The notes beneath the pieces were generated by a model. The model saw only the letters and a program-made list of their open reading frames with translations. It searched no databases and was not told the DNA's origin. Shown piece after piece: positions 60,501 to 64,000 of a stretch of DNA of 64,000 bases; position 1 is the stretch's first letter, and each line of letters begins with the position of its first letter. A program made the position numbers and the translations under genes. Source of the DNA: Planctomycetota bacterium (GTDB lineage: Bacteria; Planctomycetota; SZUA-567; H5-PLA8); assembly GCA_038227875.1 (NCBI GenBank), contig JBBRPR010000017.1:64001-128000 (forward strand), read 5' to 3'.

Positions 60501-61761
60501 CAGAGGCGGCGAGCGTTTTCGAATAGGCCGTGCCTACGGTTCCGGCGGGGAGCGATGCCGTCGTGATTTTCAGCGAGCTGACGATCTTCCAGATTTCGCC
60601 GCCGCCGTAGTTCGTGTAGTAAATTTCCCCCGCGCCGTCTTCGCCGAACGCCGTCACGCCATTCAGCGCGCCGGACGGATTGAGACTCGACGTCACTTCC
60701 TGCTGGCTGCTCAGCGCCGTCCCATTATAGACCAGCGCCCAGAAGCGCGACGAACCGTAATCGGCGTGGATGTACGTTCCTTGCAGGCCGGGAATCGCGC
60801 TGCCGCGGTAGACGTAACCGCCGATGATCGCGTTGACGCCGATGCTGTGCGCGTAGTCGACAACCGGATCAATCGCTGTGGTCACGGGCGTTTCGCTGGT
60901 ATGCGCCGGCTCTTGGATGAAACCTTCGCGCGCGCGCCAGCCGTAGTTGCGTCCGCCCACGCCGGCGGGATTGAAGTCGATCTCTTCGCGCGTGTTCTGG
61001 CCCACGTCGCCGATCCACAGGTCTCCCGTGGAACGGTCGAAGCTGCAGCGCCACGGATTGCGGACGCCGAACGCCCAGATCTCATGCTTGAATGTTGGAT
61101 CGGTCGCGTACGGGTTGCTCGGAGGAATGGTGTAGGGGAGGGCGCTGACGTCGATCCTCAGAATTTTTCCGAGCAGCACTGTGCGGTCCTGACCGTTGCC
61201 GATCGTGCCGTGCTGATCGTCGCCGCCGCCGCCGTCTCCGGTGCTGATATAAAAGTAACCGTCGGGGCCGAAGCCAATCCAGCCGCCGTTGTGGTTGTAC
61301 TCGGGTTTGTTGATGCTGAGGATGACGATCTTGCTGGTCAGATCCACCGTCGTGGCCGTGGACGGCGTGCCGATGACTTTGAAGCGCGAGATTTCCGTAT
61401 GCCCGCTCGCTCCGCCGCCGGTCTGGCTGTACGACACATAGACGAAACCGTTCGATGCGTAGTTGGGATCAAATGCCAGGCCCAGCAGTCCCTGTTCGCT
61501 GTTGGAGAGCAACGGGCTGATGGTCATGAACGGCGTTGCGTTGACGCTGCCGTCGGAGAGATTGACGATGCGAATCTTTCCAGAGAACTGTTCGCAGACA
61601 AACAGCCGCGTGGTATCGCCCGGCGCCGTGGCGATGCAGACGGGATTGGAGAGACCGGTGGAGATGCGCCGCGACGCGATGCCCGGAGTCGCCGCTGACG
61701 CGCTGGAAATGAACAGCACGACCGCGCTGAGGATGACGCGGCGACTCAGTGATTTTAGCAT
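57505..61761 (-). CDS. Secreted modular protein: PQQ-type glucose/sorbosone dehydrogenase propeller, 5 Ig-like (He_PIG) repeats, diheme c-type cytochrome, FN3, conserved C-terminal domain
   Basis: EQGLLGLAFDP, NHNGG, GDGG, GVRNPWR, GDVGQ..EE; repeated LP.GLTL..G..SGTPT; CLTCH and CSQCH; NESGFQIE..GLSPATNYYFRV. Confidence 0.9.
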   Translation of the reverse strand: MLKSLSRRVILSAVVLFISSASAATPGIASRRISTGLSNPVCIATAPGDTTRLFVCEQFSGKIRIVNLSDGSVNATPFMTISPLLSNSEQGLLGLAFDPNYASNGFVYVSYSQTGGGASGHTEISRFKVIGTPSTATTVDLTSKIVILSINKPEYNHNGGWIGFGPDGYFYISTGDGGGGDDQHGTIGNGQDRTVLLGKILRIDVSALPYTIPPSNPYATDPTFKHEIWAFGVRNPWRCSFDRSTGDLWIGDVGQNTREEIDFNPAGVGGRNYGWRAREGFIQEPAHTSETPVTTAIDPVVDYAHSIGVNAIIGGYVYRGSAIPGLQGTYIHADYGSSRFWALVYNGTALSSQQEVTSSLNPSGALNGVTAFGEDGAGEIYYTNYGGGEIWKIVSSLKITTASLPAGTVGTAYSKTLAASGGSPAYTWTVITGTLPTGLTLSTAGVLSGTPTANGTFNFTVQVQDATTATATQAYAVTINATPVIQQSSPLTPQGNIGTAYSQQFTATGGTLPLTWSKTLGTLPGGLTLTSGGLLSGTPTATGTFNFTIQVVDANGSTVTKAFALTINNALAISSTSPLAQGTATKSYSQTLTAVGGTPSYTWSLTSGALPAGITLSSGGVVSGTTSATGTFNFTATVTDSIAATASKTFALTINAAPSIQTTSLPGGNINAPYSQTLTATGGTSPLTWTVSAGALPAGVTLSTSGVVGGTPTASGTFNFTALLTDGAGATASKALALVISNAPSIFSTPVTTGNIGVAYAYTVQSGGNPAPTFSIASPPAGLSINATSGAITWTPTAAGVFSITVQATNGVLPNATQTFALTINDYGLVARPNSPPYLNMPTTSTGAIPATLSATGAFSNTATLTPSAALLPYNVNTPLWSDGAVKTRWISVPNGQSITFAPTGEWTFPSGTVFVKHFELGTDDTNPSIRNRLETRLIVVGPSGSVYGVTYKWNAAQTDADLLASGLTENEVIATSTGSRNQTWSYPSRGDCLTCHNTNANYILGVKTRQLNGPFTYAATGVTDNQIRSFNHVSLFSTTLDETQIPGYAKLANLNDTTASLETRARSYLDANCSQCHRPLGAPANFDARFDTPIASQNILDGLVNSNLSIPGAVEMARGNLARSIGRIRINTVGTIQMPPLARNTIDTNAVSVISAWIEGLAATPLNVTAAGASDTTANLTWTAMGDNESGFQIEHSLDGTTWTAGVTVPGSQASATDTGLSPATNYYFRVRSLVPSGDSAASTSVLATTFSASSGGGGGTAALPMTLSHLQANMKYTTKNHDTLSFTGMLPNLAAGLNPSGVALTLNVSGVSAAFTLDAKGHAKSAQGTFALQLKRKRDPKTKITSYLGGNVKFSARLKNGNFSAAWAPLGLDPTTDAKNQKMPLTVDIAFLNQTYEAIVTALYTGHAGKSGSVRK

Positions 61762-62012
61762 GTCGAGTTCTCCTTGCTAAAAACGAGTCTTTGGGATTCG
61801 AAGCCAAGCGTGCAGACTGATGACGGGTGTGGCGGATACGTTACTCGGAAGAATCTACCATCTTTTTGTGTGCGTCGGCGCGGAAAAAGGTTACGCACGA
61901 GTGCCGCGGCTGGCCCATCAGCGGGGAAATGAGTTGCATACGTGCGTGGGTGCGAGTAACTTACTCGACTCGCTATGCCCGGTGCCGTGCACGGGGTGGA
62001 ACCGATTCTCCA

Positions 62013-62108
62013 GCAGCCCGCTGATCAACTTTGGGCGGTGCCGTGAAACGCCTCAACAGCCAGTCGTTTCACGGGAGAATTTGGCGAAGTCGACTTTTAA
62101 CGGGCTGC
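62013..62108. repeat. ~96-bp structured dispersed element, copy B
   Basis: GCAGCCCG...CGGGCTGC termini; core ccgtgaaacg-cctcaacagccagt-cgtttcacgg; homologous to 31282-31378. Confidence 0.8.
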
Positions 62109-62127
62109 TTGGGGTTGAAGGACTGAC

Positions 62128-62406
62128 ATGGGCCATTCATTAAGTGCAGACAAACGTGAACGTCAGAACGTCAAGCGCAACAGCCGCAACCGTGGCAACA
62201 TGATCACGCTGCGCAAGGCGATGAAGAAGGTAACGGCAGAGATTGAGACCGGCAAGGCCGATCCGAAAGCCACGCTGGCCGAAGCGTTCAAGGCTCTCGA
62301 CCGCGCCGCGCGCAAGAACGCGATCCCGAAGAAGCGCGCCGACCGCAAGAAGTCGCGCCTCGCGCTGGCCGTGGCTCGCGCCAAGGCTGCTGCGACGAAG
62401 GCTTAA
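62128..62406 (+). CDS. rpsT: 30S ribosomal protein S20
   Basis: SADKRERQN.KRN.RN, LDRAARKNAI.K..A.RKKSRL. Confidence 0.95.
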   Translation: MGHSLSADKRERQNVKRNSRNRGNMITLRKAMKKVTAEIETGKADPKATLAEAFKALDRAARKNAIPKKRADRKKSRLALAVARAKAAATKA

Positions 62407-62451
62407 GAACTACTTCGATCGTATTCGTCAATTAAGCTCCACTGAAAATTG

Positions 62452-62489
62452 CACGCGAGTTGGATGGCAACTGCCGTCCAACTCGCGTG
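62452..62489. terminator. Long hairpin downstream of rpsT (terminator or REP-like)
   Basis: cacgcgagttggatggca-ac-tgccgtccaactcgcgtg; no clear U-tract. Confidence 0.45.
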
Positions 62490-62522
62490 TCTATGTCGGC
62501 ACATATTCGAAAAGGGCGATCT

Positions 62523-63539
62523 ATGAAGCGGGAATTTCTCACACTGTCTGTATTGCTCTTTCTCCTCGGTTGCGGTGACGCGCCACCGGCCCGCGTCCAG
62601 GTTCCCACTCCGCCACCCACTCCTGCGCTAACTCCCGCTCCAACTGTGCAGCCGCCGGTCGCTCCGGCGCCCGTGGCCGCGCAGGACTCGCCATTGCGCG
62701 CGGCGCGGAGAGCGTTCAAGACCACGTTAGTACCAAAGGAAGAGAAGAAGGAAAAGGCCAGTGTTCCGCCGCCGGCTATTTTCTCGCTCGTGAAATACGA
62801 TGCTGCGCCTGGAGCGCTCTCGGCCTATCTGACGCCGGATCCCAAAGACGGCAAGAAACATCCGGCGATCATCTGGATCACGGGCGGCGATTGTAATTCC
62901 ATTGATGAAGTCTGGCATCCCGCTCCACCCAAAAACGACCAGACGGCAGCGGCGTACCGCAAGGCGGGAATCATCATGATGTTTCCGTCGCTGCGCGGCG
63001 GCAATGACAACCCTGGCACCAAAGAAAGCTTTCTCGGTGAAGTGGATGATGTACTGGATGCGGCTGAGTTTCTTTCCAAACAACCGTACGTCGACCCTGC
63101 TCGCATCTATTTGGGTGGTCATAGCACGGGCGGTACGCTGGCGCTGTTGGTCGCCGAAGTCTCCACGCGTTTTCGCGTTGTGTTTTCTTTTGGTCCGGTC
63201 AGCAATGTGGGCCATTACGGTGCGGATTATCTCCCTTTTAATTACCGCGACGCGCAGGAATTATTGCTGCGCGCACCGGGGAAGTGGCTGAGTTCCATTA
63301 AGAGTCCGGTGTATGTGATCGAAGGCACGCTGCCTCCAGCCAATGCAGACGATCTAATTAAGATGAGGAAAGATTCCACCAACCCGCAGATCCATTTTCT
63401 GTCGCTACCCGGAGCCACGCATTTCAATACGCTCGCACCGATGAACAAATTGATCGCAGAAAAGATTTTGAAAGATGACGGTCCGACCGTGGATCTGGCA
63501 ATTACGTCGTCGGAGTTGCCGAAGACGTTTGATAAGTAG
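62523..63539 (+). CDS. Lipoprotein alpha/beta hydrolase (prolyl oligopeptidase-like)
   Basis: Lipobox LLGC; Pro-rich linker; VDPARIYLGGHSTGG nucleophile elbow; ATHF. Confidence 0.88.
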   Translation: MKREFLTLSVLLFLLGCGDAPPARVQVPTPPPTPALTPAPTVQPPVAPAPVAAQDSPLRAARRAFKTTLVPKEEKKEKASVPPPAIFSLVKYDAAPGALSAYLTPDPKDGKKHPAIIWITGGDCNSIDEVWHPAPPKNDQTAAAYRKAGIIMMFPSLRGGNDNPGTKESFLGEVDDVLDAAEFLSKQPYVDPARIYLGGHSTGGTLALLVAEVSTRFRVVFSFGPVSNVGHYGADYLPFNYRDAQELLLRAPGKWLSSIKSPVYVIEGTLPPANADDLIKMRKDSTNPQIHFLSLPGATHFNTLAPMNKLIAEKILKDDGPTVDLAITSSELPKTFDK

Positions 63540-63556
63540 GTTGAGACTGCCGCCCC

Positions 63557-63907
63557 CTAAACTTCAAGCAGCGAGTCATCAAACCAGACATCTTCATAAC
63601 CCGGCGCAATTATGAACCGCCAGCCAGGTGGAAGCTGAAGAAACGGTATTGCGTCTGGGCGCCAACCGTCCATGTGTGCAACGTGGATTGGCACAAAGAA
63701 GTCGGGTGACTTTGACAGCTCTTCTCCAGCCCAAAGGTACCAGCCGCAGGTACCGCCTGCTGCGGGATGTCGCAACCCATTCAGCGGTTGCAGATCGGTT
63801 CGCACATTCAGAGCGATGCCCAGCTTTTGATCATCAGAAATCGGGTATGGCTCCGTGTGATATTTCTGACACTTCGCCAATTGCAGCGCAGACCAAGTTT
63901 CATTCAT
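63557..63907 (-). CDS. Imm33-like putative immunity protein
   Basis: NGLRHP..TCGWYLWAGEE..FFVPIHV..FLQLPPGWRF..DVWFD. Confidence 0.65.
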   Translation of the reverse strand: MNETWSALQLAKCQKYHTEPYPISDDQKLGIALNVRTDLQPLNGLRHPAAGGTCGWYLWAGEELSKSPDFFVPIHVAHMDGWRPDAIPFLQLPPGWRFIIAPGYEDVWFDDSLLEV

Positions 63908-63959
63908 AAATTACCATCGGTCAACCGTAGCGGGAATGCTGCCTGAGCGCGCCCCATTC

Positions 63960-63991
63960 CAATCCGCAATCCGCAATCCGAAATCCGCAAT
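63960..63991. repeat. Heptamer tandem repeat (CAATCCG)n
   Basis: caatccg caatccg caatccg aaatccg caat. Confidence 0.8.
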
Positions 63992-64000
63992 GCCGTTAGA

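Overview
A GC-rich, mostly housekeeping bacterial chromosome segment; gene content and order suggest Planctomycetota/PVC (inference only). It holds about 43 protein-coding genes. Core metabolism and envelope: ilvB-ilvC-ilvN, uppS, a cdsA-phoH-7TM/HD-ybeY-recO-BamD-like-lptE-ftsH block, uppP, mnmE, an RluB-type pseudouridine synthase and rpsT. Others: three AraC regulators, HDOD/FHA/STAS signalling proteins, a TPR-roadblock plus roadblock pair, and two giant secreted modular proteins. I recognised no tRNA, rRNA, CRISPR array, transposase or integrase. The main unexplained signals are: (1) a shared ~150-aa C-terminal domain on two otherwise unrelated secreted proteins, a candidate lineage-specific sorting or anchoring signal; (2) a 39-bp core promoter with an internal palindrome, duplicated in front of both a macrodomain gene and a nucleotidyltransferase-HD gene, a candidate RNA/ADP-ribose repair module; (3) a zinc-ribbon protein with 13 exact-length 35-aa coiled-coil repeats and a MinD-like membrane tail; (4) a pseudouridine synthase with an acidic tract and 13 G/S/R/W/Y repeats; (5) a ~96-bp structured element present twice, upstream of the BamD-like gene and of rpsT; (6) several REP/REPIN-like and heptamer-repeat intergenic families. 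All family calls come from motif recognition by eye, not database searches, and start codons were refined by eye.
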